Part shown: one piece after another, positions 16,072 to 25,146 of the stretch
Layout of the letters: each line of letters opens with the position of its first letter
Numbering within the stretch: the stretch's first letter is position 1
Origin: Gammaproteobacteria bacterium
GTDB taxonomy: Bacteria > Pseudomonadota > Gammaproteobacteria > Steroidobacterales > Rariloculaceae
Direction: 5' to 3'
Assembly (NCBI GenBank): GCA_022820625.1
Contig: JAJEFE010000003.1
Location: 809 to 64,808 of the forward strand
Length of the DNA: 64,000 nucleotides
Program-made: the position numbers and the translations under genes
Notes under the pieces: model-generated
Database searches by the model: none
What the model saw: the letters and a program-made list of their open reading frames with translations, nothing else
Told to the model about the DNA's origin: nothing

Positions 16072-17378
16072 TGTTACCGAATCGATGGGTTTCGCATTTC
16101 GCATATGCCGGAGCATGGCTGGCGCTCGCGCTGGTCGCGGGAATCTGGCTGGGTAATCTTGCCTGGTGGCTCGTCGGGGCCCTGGCGCTGTATCTGATCG
16201 TCACCCTCCGAAATCTCTACTACCTCGACCGTGCTCTGGAAAAGGGCGCCCCGGTTCCGTCCGATACCAGGGGGCTGTGGGCGGAGCTGTTCTCGATCGT
16301 GGTCCGTCTGAGATCCAAGTCGCGCCACCGAAAGAAACGTTATCGCAGGCTGCTGCGGGCGGTCAGGCAGTCCACGCGGGCACTGCATGACGGCGGCATC
16401 ATCCTGAACGCCCAAAACGAGATTCAGTGGTGCAACCGGGCCGCCGTGCGGTTGCTGGGATTGAACCTCGCAACCGATGTGGGGCATCGCATCGACAACC
16501 TGATTCGTAACCCCGATTTCGTCAGCCACCTGGAAAATCCCGGGGGCAATACGGTCAGCATCCCCTCTCCCGCGGTGGAAGGCGGGCAGTTGTCCGTGCA
16601 GATCATTCCGTACGGCAGGAACCAGCGGCTGGCGATCATTCGGGATGTCACGCGGGAAGTGCGCCTGGAGCGCACCCGGCGAGACTTCGTGGCCAATGCC
16701 TCGCATGAATTGCGCTCTCCGCTTACCGTCATCGGCGGCTATCTGGATGCGATGGCGCACGATCTCGATCTCAATGGGGACTGGCGCACACCGATCGCGG
16801 AGATGGAGCGGCAGGTGTCGCGGATGACGAGAATCCTGCGCGACCTGATCGAGCTCACCCGTCTGGAGTCTTCGCATGGAGAGGCACCGCATGATTTTAT
16901 CGATGTGGTCGGCATGCTGAAGTTCATCGAGCGGGAATTCGTTTCCAGTCCACTCACTCCCCGAATCTCCGTGCATTTCGGATCCGATCTCGCGTTGCTG
17001 GGGAGCGAGGCCGAGGTGCATTCTATCTTTCACAACCTGGTGAGTAACGCCGTGCGCTTCACGCCTCCCGACGGTTCCGTCGACGTGTGCTGGGAACGCA
17101 ACGAAAACGGAGCGGCCTTTTCCGTCAGGGACACCGGAATCGGCATCCCGGAGGAACTCATTCCGCGGGTGACCGAACGTTTCTTCCGGGTCGATCCGGG
17201 ACGCTCGCGGGAACTTGGGGGAACCGGGCTGGGCCTGGCGATCGTGAAGCACGCCCTGCAACGCCATGGAGCCTCGCTGAGTATCCGGAGCGAGGCAGGA
17301 GAAGGCAGTCTCTTTACATGCCAGTTTCCCGATACCCGGCTGGTCGCGCGGGGCGGTCCCGCACGGGCCGTGGGTTAG
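16068..17378 (+). CDS. phoR: phosphate regulon sensor histidine kinase PhoR
   Basis: 436-aa ORF with two N-terminal TM segments, a PAS region, the H-box FVANASHELRSPLT and G-boxes GGTGLGLAIV. Confidence 0.88.
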   Translation: MMLPNRWVSHFAYAGAWLALALVAGIWLGNLAWWLVGALALYLIVTLRNLYYLDRALEKGAPVPSDTRGLWAELFSIVVRLRSKSRHRKKRYRRLLRAVRQSTRALHDGGIILNAQNEIQWCNRAAVRLLGLNLATDVGHRIDNLIRNPDFVSHLENPGGNTVSIPSPAVEGGQLSVQIIPYGRNQRLAIIRDVTREVRLERTRRDFVANASHELRSPLTVIGGYLDAMAHDLDLNGDWRTPIAEMERQVSRMTRILRDLIELTRLESSHGEAPHDFIDVVGMLKFIEREFVSSPLTPRISVHFGSDLALLGSEAEVHSIFHNLVSNAVRFTPPDGSVDVCWERNENGAAFSVRDTGIGIPEELIPRVTERFFRVDPGRSRELGGTGLGLAIVKHALQRHGASLSIRSEAGEGSLFTCQFPDTRLVARGGPARAVG

Positions 17379-17402
17379 GCGTGGGTATATAATCGCGCCG
17401 TA

Positions 17403-18143
17403 ATGGAAGTCGAAGCCATCAGTCAGCACACCTCCCGGAGTTTCAACAAGGATCTCGCGGGAATTCACAACCTGGTACTGAACATGGGCGGGCTGGTTGA
17501 AGACCAGTTCGAACGCGCCGTCAAGGCCATAGCGGAAGCCGACAGCGAACTGGGCCTCGGTGTGGCCGAGTCGGACCGGCAAGTGAACGAAATGGAAATG
17601 CGCATCGACGAGGAGTGCCGGCGGATCCTGGCGACCCGCGCGCCCGCGGCGGGCGACTTGCGCCTGATCGTTGCCGCCATGAAGACGATCACCGATCTTG
17701 AGCGAATCGGCGACGAGACCGAGAAAATCGGTAAGCTGGCGTCACGGCTCGCGACGGTAAAACGCCCGTCCACGAACTTTCGTGAGTTGCGGAACCTGGC
17801 CCAGCACGTGAAGGGCATGATTCGGGACGCGCTGGATGCCTTCGCGCGCCTGGACGTGCAGCAGGGGCTTGCGGTCATGAAGGCGGACAAGGTCGTCGAT
17901 GAAGAATACGAGGCCATTGCCCGCCAGAGTTTGACCTTCATGCTGGAGGATCCGCGAACCATTACCCGGGAGATGGACGTGAGCTGGGCCGCGCGGGCCC
18001 TGGAGCGCATTGGCGATCACACCAAGAACATTTGCGAGCATGCCATCTACATGGCCCACGGAACCGACATCCGCCATACCAGTCTGAAGAGCGTGGAATC
18101 CGAGGTCAGGCAGGCAGGCAGCATGAAGGAATCTTCTCCGTGA
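17403..18143 (+). CDS. phoU: phosphate signalling complex protein PhoU
   Basis: 246-aa ORF with the duplicated PhoU repeat (two E..RIGD motifs: DLERIGDETEKI and ALERIGDHTKNI). Confidence 0.88.
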   Translation: MEVEAISQHTSRSFNKDLAGIHNLVLNMGGLVEDQFERAVKAIAEADSELGLGVAESDRQVNEMEMRIDEECRRILATRAPAAGDLRLIVAAMKTITDLERIGDETEKIGKLASRLATVKRPSTNFRELRNLAQHVKGMIRDALDAFARLDVQQGLAVMKADKVVDEEYEAIARQSLTFMLEDPRTITREMDVSWAARALERIGDHTKNICEHAIYMAHGTDIRHTSLKSVESEVRQAGSMKESSP

Positions 18144-18658
18144 TCGGGTCCCGGCCGGCGCGGCGGTTGGCGAACCTCGCCGGATGCGCGAGCGTCGTCG
18201 GGTTGATTGCCTATGCGCTATACGCACAATATGGGCTGGGCCTCGAGGCCTGCCCGCTCTGCATTTTCCAGCGCGTCGCCTTCATTGCCGGTGGCGCCGT
18301 GTTTCTCCTCGCCGGCCTGCACGCGCCCGGAAAAGCCCGGCTCTACGGTCTGGCCGCGCTGGCGCCGAACGTCGTGGGGGGCGCCATCGCGGCCCGGCAC
18401 GTCTACATCCAGAACCTTCCCGCCGACCAGGTGCCGGCCTGCGGGCCGGGTCTGTCGTACCTGCTTGACGCCTTCCCGCTGATGGACGCGGTGCGCCTGG
18501 TATTGACCGGATCCGGTGAATGCGCCGAGGTGGTGTGGTCGTTCATGGGGCTGAGCATGCCCAGTTGGGCGCTGATATGGTTCGTGCTGCTGAGTGCCCT
18601 GGCCGTGGCGGCGAACTGGAGGCGCCTGCCGCCGCCGAGCGCGTTTGCCCGACGCTGA
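18140..18658 (+). CDS. dsbB: disulfide bond formation protein B
   Basis: I chose the in-frame GTG at 18140 of ORF 18032..18658, which overlaps the phoU stop (GTGA). It has four TM segments, a CPLC pair and a second periplasmic Cys pair (PACGPG ... GECAEV). Confidence 0.8.
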   Translation: MIGSRPARRLANLAGCASVVGLIAYALYAQYGLGLEACPLCIFQRVAFIAGGAVFLLAGLHAPGKARLYGLAALAPNVVGGAIAARHVYIQNLPADQVPACGPGLSYLLDAFPLMDAVRLVLTGSGECAEVVWSFMGLSMPSWALIWFVLLSALAVAANWRRLPPPSAFARR

Positions 18659-18744
18659 AATTCAGTTCTTGCCGCCGGATCTCGACTCCGGCACAGACTC
18701 GCGTATTCGTCCTTGACTGTAATCCAAGGCCATTGGAGCCCAGT

Positions 18745-18887
18745 GAGGGCGAGTACGCACATCCCTTGCGAGCGTCGTCGGCGACGAGCGGGCCATGGAT
18801 GGCCATTAGCTAGGAGCCGTCGATGCGAGCCCCGCCAGGGATGGCGGGGCTCGCTTGAGTTCGCAAGGGATGTGCGTACTCGCCCTC
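18745..18887. repeat. 143-bp element bounded by perfect 27-bp inverted repeats (MITE/REP-like), between convergent dsbB and the porin gene
   Basis: 18745-18771 (gagggcgagtacgcacatcccttgcga) is the exact reverse complement of 18861-18887, verified base by base. The 89-nt interior contains further hairpins. Confidence 0.85.
18825..18854. terminator. 12-bp GC-rich hairpin inside the inverted-repeat element; possible bidirectional terminator
   Basis: The stem is gcgagccccgcc / ggcggggctcgc with the loop agggat, followed on the + strand by ttgagtt. There is no clean U-tract, so the terminator function is uncertain. Confidence 0.3.
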
Positions 18888-18912
18888 TCGGCGCTGATGA
18901 AAGCTCCCCAGA

Positions 18913-20145
18913 TCAATAATTGAAGACAATATCCGCCTGAAGCCTGTCGTAATCCCGAAGATTGCCTGCAGCCTCGCCTCGATCGCCGAGGATGTACCGC
19001 AGCCCCAGACTCCACCCCCGCGGAAACGCATACCCCGCACGTAGCGTGTAACCGCCACCGTCAGCGGTACCGCCGGCGAAGTCCGAGTCCGTGAACGCAC
19101 CGACAACCGCGTTGGCCCCGAGGTCCTGGTAGATGTAGGCGACATTCCATGTGCCCGTATCCGTGGCGCGCCGATAGTCGATCCCCACTGCAAGACCGTC
19201 CGAAAATTCCTCGGCAGCCGTGTTCGTCACATAGTCCACATACATTCTCAACGGGTGACCGGCCAAATCCACTGTCAGCTCCCCGAACACTTCCACTTGG
19301 GAAAACCCGTAGAGATAATTCCCGTTCGCGTCGAGCTGATTGCCCTGCCCGTTGCGCGGCGTGAACACCGGCGCCCGGCCCTGCGCATGGCTGAGTTCGT
19401 GAACGCTCGCCCCGGCGGTCAGGGACACGCCCCGCGCCGGCGACCCCCTGTAACCCGCCTGAAGCCCGTACCACATGGTGTCGGGGTCCGAACCGCGTTC
19501 CTCCGCCCAGAATGCCGACGCATTCGCGAAGAAAGTGCCCGAAGACATCCGGAGTGCGAGCCCTTCCGGCCTTATGTCTCCATCGTAGAGCAGATGGTAG
19601 CCTCCGGGCCGGAAGAACGGGTTGGACATCTTCCCGCCAACCAGGGTCAGTGTTTCCGAAAGCCTCCAATCGAAGTAAGCCAGGTCCACACCCACCGACT
19701 TGCGCGAGAATCCTTCGTCGAAGCTCTGATTGCCGCTGTCGTTGGCGATGCCTCCCGTGGACAGGCCAAAACCCACTTCCATGTCTTCGTTCAGGGCCGC
19801 CGTCGCGTTGGCCCGCGCCCGCATACGGTGCCTGTGCCGAACCGAGACCGCATCGTCATTGATCGTCTCGTGCCGATAGCGCAGGTCTCCGTCCAGAACG
19901 AGGCCCTCCGTCCACGAAGGCGCCACCGCCGACGGAGGCGGAAGCTCCACCACCCGTTCGACCTTAACCTCCATCTCCTCTTCCACATCGCCGGAAACGC
20001 TCGCTTCGATGCGTGCGAGCCGCTCTTCCAGAAGGGCGATTCGGGCCCTGAGTTGAGCGATTTCCTCCTGGGACTCGGTCTGCGCGTGCAACGACGGTAC
20101 GGCAAGCAAGCAGCAAACGAGCAGGATCGACGGGACATATTTCAT
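18913..20145 (-). CDS. outer-membrane beta-barrel porin-like protein with an N-terminal coiled coil; Pho-box controlled
   Basis: I chose the internal ATG at 20145 of ORF 18913..20199, with SD ggaggag 8 nt upstream. The signal peptide is MKYVPSILLVCCLLAVPSLHA. The heptad-like segment EEIAQLRARIALLEERLARIEASV follows. The body has an alternating beta-strand pattern, and the C-terminus ...ADIVFNY ends with an aromatic residue, as OMPs do. Confidence 0.7.
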   Translation of the reverse strand: MKYVPSILLVCCLLAVPSLHAQTESQEEIAQLRARIALLEERLARIEASVSGDVEEEMEVKVERVVELPPPSAVAPSWTEGLVLDGDLRYRHETINDDAVSVRHRHRMRARANATAALNEDMEVGFGLSTGGIANDSGNQSFDEGFSRKSVGVDLAYFDWRLSETLTLVGGKMSNPFFRPGGYHLLYDGDIRPEGLALRMSSGTFFANASAFWAEERGSDPDTMWYGLQAGYRGSPARGVSLTAGASVHELSHAQGRAPVFTPRNGQGNQLDANGNYLYGFSQVEVFGELTVDLAGHPLRMYVDYVTNTAAEEFSDGLAVGIDYRRATDTGTWNVAYIYQDLGANAVVGAFTDSDFAGGTADGGGYTLRAGYAFPRGWSLGLRYILGDRGEAAGNLRDYDRLQADIVFNY

Positions 20146-20199
20146 TGGACGAACTCCTCCGCACTGAAGACCTGCTGGAAGGTGGTCTGTGCGGCGCAA

Positions 20200-20263
20200 A
20201 GTATCGCGCGGCGTTGTTACACTTCTTTTACAGACGCCTGGAGTTGTTGCACTTTTTTTGCAG
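20200..20263 (-). promoter_or_regulatory. two tandem Pho boxes plus a -10 element upstream of the porin gene
   Basis: On the minus strand, CTGCAAAAAAAGTGCAAC (20263-20246) and CTGTAAAAGAAGTGTAAC (20233-20216) match the E. coli consensus CTGTCATAAAACTGTCAC at 12/18 and 13/18 positions. Each is a 7+4+7 direct-repeat layout. GATACT (20205-20200) lies exactly 10 nt after the proximal box. Confidence 0.6.
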
Positions 20264-20325
20264 GGCCTGGAGCCCGCGGCACAGACTCTTGATCAACCGG
20301 CGGCAGGACGCACGCCGGGAACCGA

Positions 20326-21222
20326 TCAACCGAATCGGCCGGTGATGTAGTCTTCCGTCAACTCGTGCTGGGGATTGGTGAAGATCTGGTCCGTGTCGCC
20401 GACCTCGATGAGGCGGCCGAGATGAAAATACGCGGTGCGTTGGGAGACTCTGGCGGCCTGTTGCATCGAGTGGGTGACGATCGCGATGGCGTAGTTCTTC
20501 TTGAGTTCGTCGATCAGATCCTCGATGTGCGCCGTGGCAATGGGGTCCAGGGCCGAACAAGGCTCATCCATCAGGATGACCTCCGGGCTCACGGCGATGG
20601 TCCTGGCGATGCACAGCCGTTGCTGCTGCCCGCCTGACAGCCCTGTGCCGGGCTCCTCCAATCGGTCCTTGACCTCTGACCATAGCCCCGCCTTTTCGAG
20701 GCTGGTACGAACGATCTTGTCCAGTTCCTCGCGGTGGCGGGCCAGTCCATGGATTCTTGGCCCGTAGGCGACGTTGTCGTAGACGGACTTCGGAAACGGA
20801 TTCGGTTTTTGGAAAACTATCCCGACGCGGGCCCTCAACATAACCACATCCATGCGCCGGGAGTAGATGTCCTCGCCATCCAGGAGAATCTCGCCGTGCA
20901 CGCGAGCACTTTCGATAGTGTCATTCATGCGATTGAGGCAACGAATGAAGGTGGACTTGCCGCATCCGGAAGGCCCGATCAGCGAAATGACCTCATTCTT
21001 GCCGACGTCCAGACTGACGTTCTGGATCGCATGGTTGTCACCGTAAAAGACGTCGACGTTTCTAGTCCGAATGACGGGTGTGGCAGACGTGTAATCGCCC
21101 ACCGTCCGGTATGTCTCGCCGACCACCCTGATATCAGGAGCGGCCTGGATTGACGTGTCCTCTGCCGTGCCTACGCCAGCCTGGGGCACCGTCTCTTTCT
21201 CCAGATTGGAAGCCAGGCTCAC
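20326..21222 (-). CDS. pstB: phosphate ABC transporter ATP-binding protein
   Basis: 298-aa ORF with Walker [10 protein letters not shown], the signature [13 protein letters not shown] and Walker B ILMDEP. It lies downstream of pstA. Confidence 0.9.
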   Translation of the reverse strand: MSLASNLEKETVPQAGVGTAEDTSIQAAPDIRVVGETYRTVGDYTSATPVIRTRNVDVFYGDNHAIQNVSLDVGKNEVISLIGPSGCGKSTFIRCLNRMNDTIESARVHGEILLDGEDIYSRRMDVVMLRARVGIVFQKPNPFPKSVYDNVAYGPRIHGLARHREELDKIVRTSLEKAGLWSEVKDRLEEPGTGLSGGQQQRLCIARTIAVSPEVILMDEPCSALDPIATAHIEDLIDELKKNYAIAIVTHSMQQAARVSQRTAYFHLGRLIEVGDTDQIFTNPQHELTEDYITGRFG

Positions 21223-21252
21223 AGTCTACTCCAATGAAAACCCAAATGGTTG

Positions 21253-22542
21253 CTACCAACGCCGCTCATAGCGCTTGCGCAGCAGGATTGCGGTGGCATT
21301 CATCACCAGCAGGAAGGCCAGAAGTACCAGGATCGCGGCGGACGTCCGCTCCACGAAGGCCCGCTCAGGGCTGTCCGCCCAAAGGTAAACCTGTACCGGA
21401 AGTGCCGTCGCCGGATCCAGCGGACTCTCGGGCACGTCGACGATAAAGGCGACCATCCCGATCATGAGCAGCGGCGCCGACTCGCCCAGGGCCCTGGCCA
21501 TCCCGATGATGGTTCCGGTGAGCATGCCGGGCATCGCCAGCGGCATGACATGATGGAAAATCGTTTGCATTTTGGATGCTCCGACTCCCAGCGCCGCCTC
21601 CCGGATGGACGGCGGAACGGACATCAATGCAGCCCTCGCGGCGATGATGACCACCGGCAACGTCATGAGTGTCAGGACCAGTCCGCCCACTACGGGCGCC
21701 GATCTCGGCAAACCGAAAATGTTGATGAACAACGCCAGACCCAGCAGCCCGAAGACGATGGACGGCACCGCCGCCAGGTTGTTGATGTTGACCTCGATCA
21801 GGTCCGTCCAGCGATTCTTCGGCGCAAACTCCTCCAGGTAGATGGCCGTTGCGACCCCGATCGGAAAAGACAGGGCGAGAGTGACCAGCAACATGAAGAA
21901 GGACCCCACCACGGCGCTCCAGATGCCCGCCATTTCCGGATCGCGGGAATCTCCGGACGTGAAGAAACGATGATTGAACCTGCGCGAGACACTGCCATCC
22001 GCCTCCAGTTGCTCGATCCATCCAAGCTGGCTGTCGCTGATGCGCCGTTGCGATTCATCCGCCGCGCGGTCGATGTGGCCCTTGATCAGCATGTCCACGT
22101 CGTCGTCCGCCACCACCCACAGGCTGAGGGCCTCTCCCACCAGTTCCGGGTCCGAAAGTACGTCGCTTCTCAGTTCGAATCCCGCACCCGGGCTGACAAG
22201 CGCGAACAGTTCCCTCAGGTCGTTGCGGCTTGTGACATCGGGAAACCGGGCCCGCAACGCATTTCGAATCACGCCCTGATAGTCCGCGCGTCCGAGCGCC
22301 TGCACATCGCGTTCGCCGTCCGGGTCGATGACGTCAGCGCTCAACTCCACATCCAGCCGGATATGGGTCTGCAGGAATGCCGTGTAACCGTTTCCGATCA
22401 GGGTATAGAAGAAAAACCCGAGAAAGGTCATCCCCACCAGCACGGCGCCGAGTCCCGCCAGCCGGAAATTGCGTTCGCGGCGATACCGCCGGGCAATGCC
22501 TTCGGCCACTCGTTCCTTGACGCCTCGTGGTCGGCTACTCAT
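21253..22542 (-). CDS. pstA: phosphate ABC transporter permease PstA (long form)
   Basis: 429-aa polytopic ORF with the C-terminal motif ...ESAPLLMIG. It is third in the pstSCAB order. Confidence 0.85.
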   Translation of the reverse strand: MSSRPRGVKERVAEGIARRYRRERNFRLAGLGAVLVGMTFLGFFFYTLIGNGYTAFLQTHIRLDVELSADVIDPDGERDVQALGRADYQGVIRNALRARFPDVTSRNDLRELFALVSPGAGFELRSDVLSDPELVGEALSLWVVADDDVDMLIKGHIDRAADESQRRISDSQLGWIEQLEADGSVSRRFNHRFFTSGDSRDPEMAGIWSAVVGSFFMLLVTLALSFPIGVATAIYLEEFAPKNRWTDLIEVNINNLAAVPSIVFGLLGLALFINIFGLPRSAPVVGGLVLTLMTLPVVIIAARAALMSVPPSIREAALGVGASKMQTIFHHVMPLAMPGMLTGTIIGMARALGESAPLLMIGMVAFIVDVPESPLDPATALPVQVYLWADSPERAFVERTSAAILVLLAFLLVMNATAILLRKRYERRW

Positions 22543-23908
22543 ATTGTTCCCGGTAACGGCGCACCACGCGCAGCGCGATGATGTTCAGCAGCAGCGTCGT
22601 CACGAACAGCAACAGGCCGAGCGCGAATGCCGCCAGAGTTTTCGCGCTGTCGAATTCCTGGTCGCCGACCAGCAGGGTCACGATCTGCACGGTCACCGTG
22701 GTGACCGCCTCCAGCGGGTTGGCGGTGAGATTCGCGGCAAGACCCGCCGCCATGACCACGATCATGGTTTCGCCGATCGCCCGGGATGCCGCCAGCAGAA
22801 TGCCGCCGACGATGCCCGGAAGCGCCGCCGGGAGGATCACCTGCCGAATGGTCTCCGACTGGGTAGCGCCCAACCCGTAGGAGCCGTCCCGGAGTTCCTG
22901 CGGAACCGCATTGATGACGTCATCGGAAAGGGAGGAAACAAAGGGAATGATCATGATTCCCATCACCAGCCCGGCGCCCAGTGCGCTTTCGGACGAAACG
23001 CCGAGTCCCAGACCCTCGCCGAACTGGCGCAACAGCGGGCCGACGGTGAGTGCGGCGAAGTAGCCGTAGACCACCGTGGGGATACCCGCGAGCACCTCGA
23101 GCATGGGTTTGGCAAACGAGCGCACCTGCGAGTTCGCATATTCCGACAGGTAAATCGCGGACATGAGTCCCACCGGAACGGCCACCAGCATGGCAATACC
23201 CGAGATCAGTAGCGTTCCGGCGAACAGCGGCACCGCGCCGAACGCTCCCGAGGAACCGACCTGATCCTCACGAATCGCCGTTTGCGGACTCCAGCTCAGC
23301 CCGAACAGGAACTCCAGCGGAGAAACCTGCTGAAAGAAGCGCAGGGCCTCGAACAGGACGGAGAGAAAAATGCCGATGGTCGTGAAAATCGCAACCGTGG
23401 AAGCTGCCATCAGCACGACCTCCATCGTTCGCTCCACCTTGTTGCGGGCGCGCAGGCCGGGTTCCACTCGCCGGAATGCCCACCCGAGGGACGTCAACCC
23501 AACCAGAAGCACCACGAGCGTGATGCCCAGGTTGCTGATTCGCTGCAGTGACGTATACCTCGACGCCGCCGCAAGAATCTCGTCATTGGGTTCACCGGAG
23601 ACAATATTGCCTTCGACCAGATTTCTGATGTCGTTGTAAACTAGGCCGAGTTCGGCCTCCGAAAGCTCCAGGGTGGCCGCCGGCAGGGTCGCAAGCACCT
23701 GCGTGCGAATGAATCCGGGCTCGACCAGTTGCCAAAGGCAATAGAGCGCGAGCGCCGGCAATGCGCACCAGATGGCGACATAGCTGCCGTAGTAGCCGGG
23801 CAGGGAGTGAAAGGATACCCCGGTCGTGGTTGCCGACCGGCGCCGGCCCAGCACATAGGCTGCCACGGTCATGCCAAGCAGGGCCACCAGAACCGTGGAA
23901 GATGGCAC
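22535..23908 (-). CDS. pstC: phosphate ABC transporter permease PstC (long form)
   Basis: 457-aa polytopic ORF with the permease EAA-like region ...AASRAIGETMIV. It overlaps the pstA start by 8 nt. Confidence 0.85.
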   Translation of the reverse strand: MPSSTVLVALLGMTVAAYVLGRRRSATTTGVSFHSLPGYYGSYVAIWCALPALALYCLWQLVEPGFIRTQVLATLPAATLELSEAELGLVYNDIRNLVEGNIVSGEPNDEILAAASRYTSLQRISNLGITLVVLLVGLTSLGWAFRRVEPGLRARNKVERTMEVVLMAASTVAIFTTIGIFLSVLFEALRFFQQVSPLEFLFGLSWSPQTAIREDQVGSSGAFGAVPLFAGTLLISGIAMLVAVPVGLMSAIYLSEYANSQVRSFAKPMLEVLAGIPTVVYGYFAALTVGPLLRQFGEGLGLGVSSESALGAGLVMGIMIIPFVSSLSDDVINAVPQELRDGSYGLGATQSETIRQVILPAALPGIVGGILLAASRAIGETMIVVMAAGLAANLTANPLEAVTTVTVQIVTLLVGDQEFDSAKTLAAFALGLLLFVTTLLLNIIALRVVRRYREQYE

Positions 23909-23954
23909 CGGGCTGCTACAGCGGGGTCATTGCGGGGAACACGCCAGCCCCGGG

Positions 23955-25007
23955 TCAGGGCGACAGCGAGACATTCTCCAAGCCCTGTACCGCCTGAAGC
24001 ACTGCCTGACGCTCAGCTTGCGGCAGGGGGATCAGACCCCTGTCGGACAGGTATCCGAAGTCGCCCCAGGCGGCCTCGCTGGTCAGTTCCGCCAGAAATT
24101 CCTCGATACCCGGTATCTCTCCCACGTGCAATTTCTTGACGTAGCTGTACAGCGGGCGCGACACGGGGTAACTGCCGTCGGCGATGGAATCGAACTCGGG
24201 AGAGATTCCGCCGATCAGCGAACCCTGCACCTTGTCCTGATTCTGATCGAGAAAGCTGAACCCGAATATGCCCAGCGCAGTGGGATTCGCTTCGAGCTTC
24301 TGGACGATGAGGTTATCGTTCTCGCCGGCCTCGATGAAGGCGCCGTCCTCGCGCATGGTGAAGCAGGCGGCGTCCCGCTCGTCCCCGGCAAGCGTTTCGA
24401 TCACCGGAAACGCCTCGCAACCGGCCAGCATGACCAGTTCCACGAAGGCGTCGCGCGTGCCCGAGGTCGGCGGCGGACCGAGTACCTCGATGCGCACGTT
24501 CGGCAGGCCGGCATCGATGTCGGACCAGGATACGTAGGGGTTGGGGATCAGGCCGCTTCCGGCGGAATCGGGGACGGTCTTCGCCAGCGCCAGGTAGATC
24601 TGCTCACGCGTCAATCGGTACATGGGCGCACCATTGAAATTGGCCAGTACGATGCCGTCATAACCGATCTTGACTTCGACGATGTCCCTGACGCCGTTAT
24701 CGGCACATTCGTCGATCTCGGACTGGCGCACACGCCGGGACGAATTGGTGATATCCGGATACTGGACGCCTACCCCGGAACAAAACAGCTTGAAGCCGCC
24801 GCCGGACCCAGTGGACTCGATCGTGGGCGTACTGAAATCCGTGGTGCGGCCGAATCGCTCCGCAACCACGGTGGAAAACGGGTATACGGTCGATGAACCG
24901 ACGATGCTGATGTAGTCTCTGGCGGCTTGCGCGTGGGCCGTCTGGACAAGAAACGCGGCGCCAAACGCGGACACGCACGAAACAAACGAAGCGGAATACC
25001 TTCCCAT
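23955..25007 (-). CDS. pstS: phosphate ABC transporter substrate-binding protein (PstS family)
   Basis: 350-aa ORF with a signal peptide (...FLVQTAHA), ISIVGSSTVYPF and TGSGGGFK motifs. It is the first gene of the pst operon. Confidence 0.85.
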   Translation of the reverse strand: MGRYSASFVSCVSAFGAAFLVQTAHAQAARDYISIVGSSTVYPFSTVVAERFGRTTDFSTPTIESTGSGGGFKLFCSGVGVQYPDITNSSRRVRQSEIDECADNGVRDIVEVKIGYDGIVLANFNGAPMYRLTREQIYLALAKTVPDSAGSGLIPNPYVSWSDIDAGLPNVRIEVLGPPPTSGTRDAFVELVMLAGCEAFPVIETLAGDERDAACFTMREDGAFIEAGENDNLIVQKLEANPTALGIFGFSFLDQNQDKVQGSLIGGISPEFDSIADGSYPVSRPLYSYVKKLHVGEIPGIEEFLAELTSEAAWGDFGYLSDRGLIPLPQAERQAVLQAVQGLENVSLSP

Positions 25008-25066
25008 CGCGGCTCCCGGTGAATACTTGAGTGAATGGCTACAGGCAGTAAGCCTGCCAGCACAAT

Positions 25067-25084
25067 GTTAAGGAATCATTGCAG
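25067..25084 (-). promoter_or_regulatory. candidate Pho box upstream of pstS
   Basis: The minus strand reads CTGCAATGATTCCTTAAC, 60-77 nt upstream of the pstS ATG. The first half-site is good (compare CTGCAAA at the porin). The second half-site matches only TAAC. Confidence 0.35.
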
Positions 25085-25146
25085 TGGCGTCGAGATATGA
25101 TATACCCGCCCGGCCAGCGGCTCTTTCCGCCGGGAAAAGAGACACG

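Noticed and set aside
18735-18897. Target-site duplication flanking the 27-bp inverted repeats
   Set aside because: The flanks read ...cccagt | element | tcggcg..., and no 2-10 bp direct repeat is present at any boundary offset I tried.
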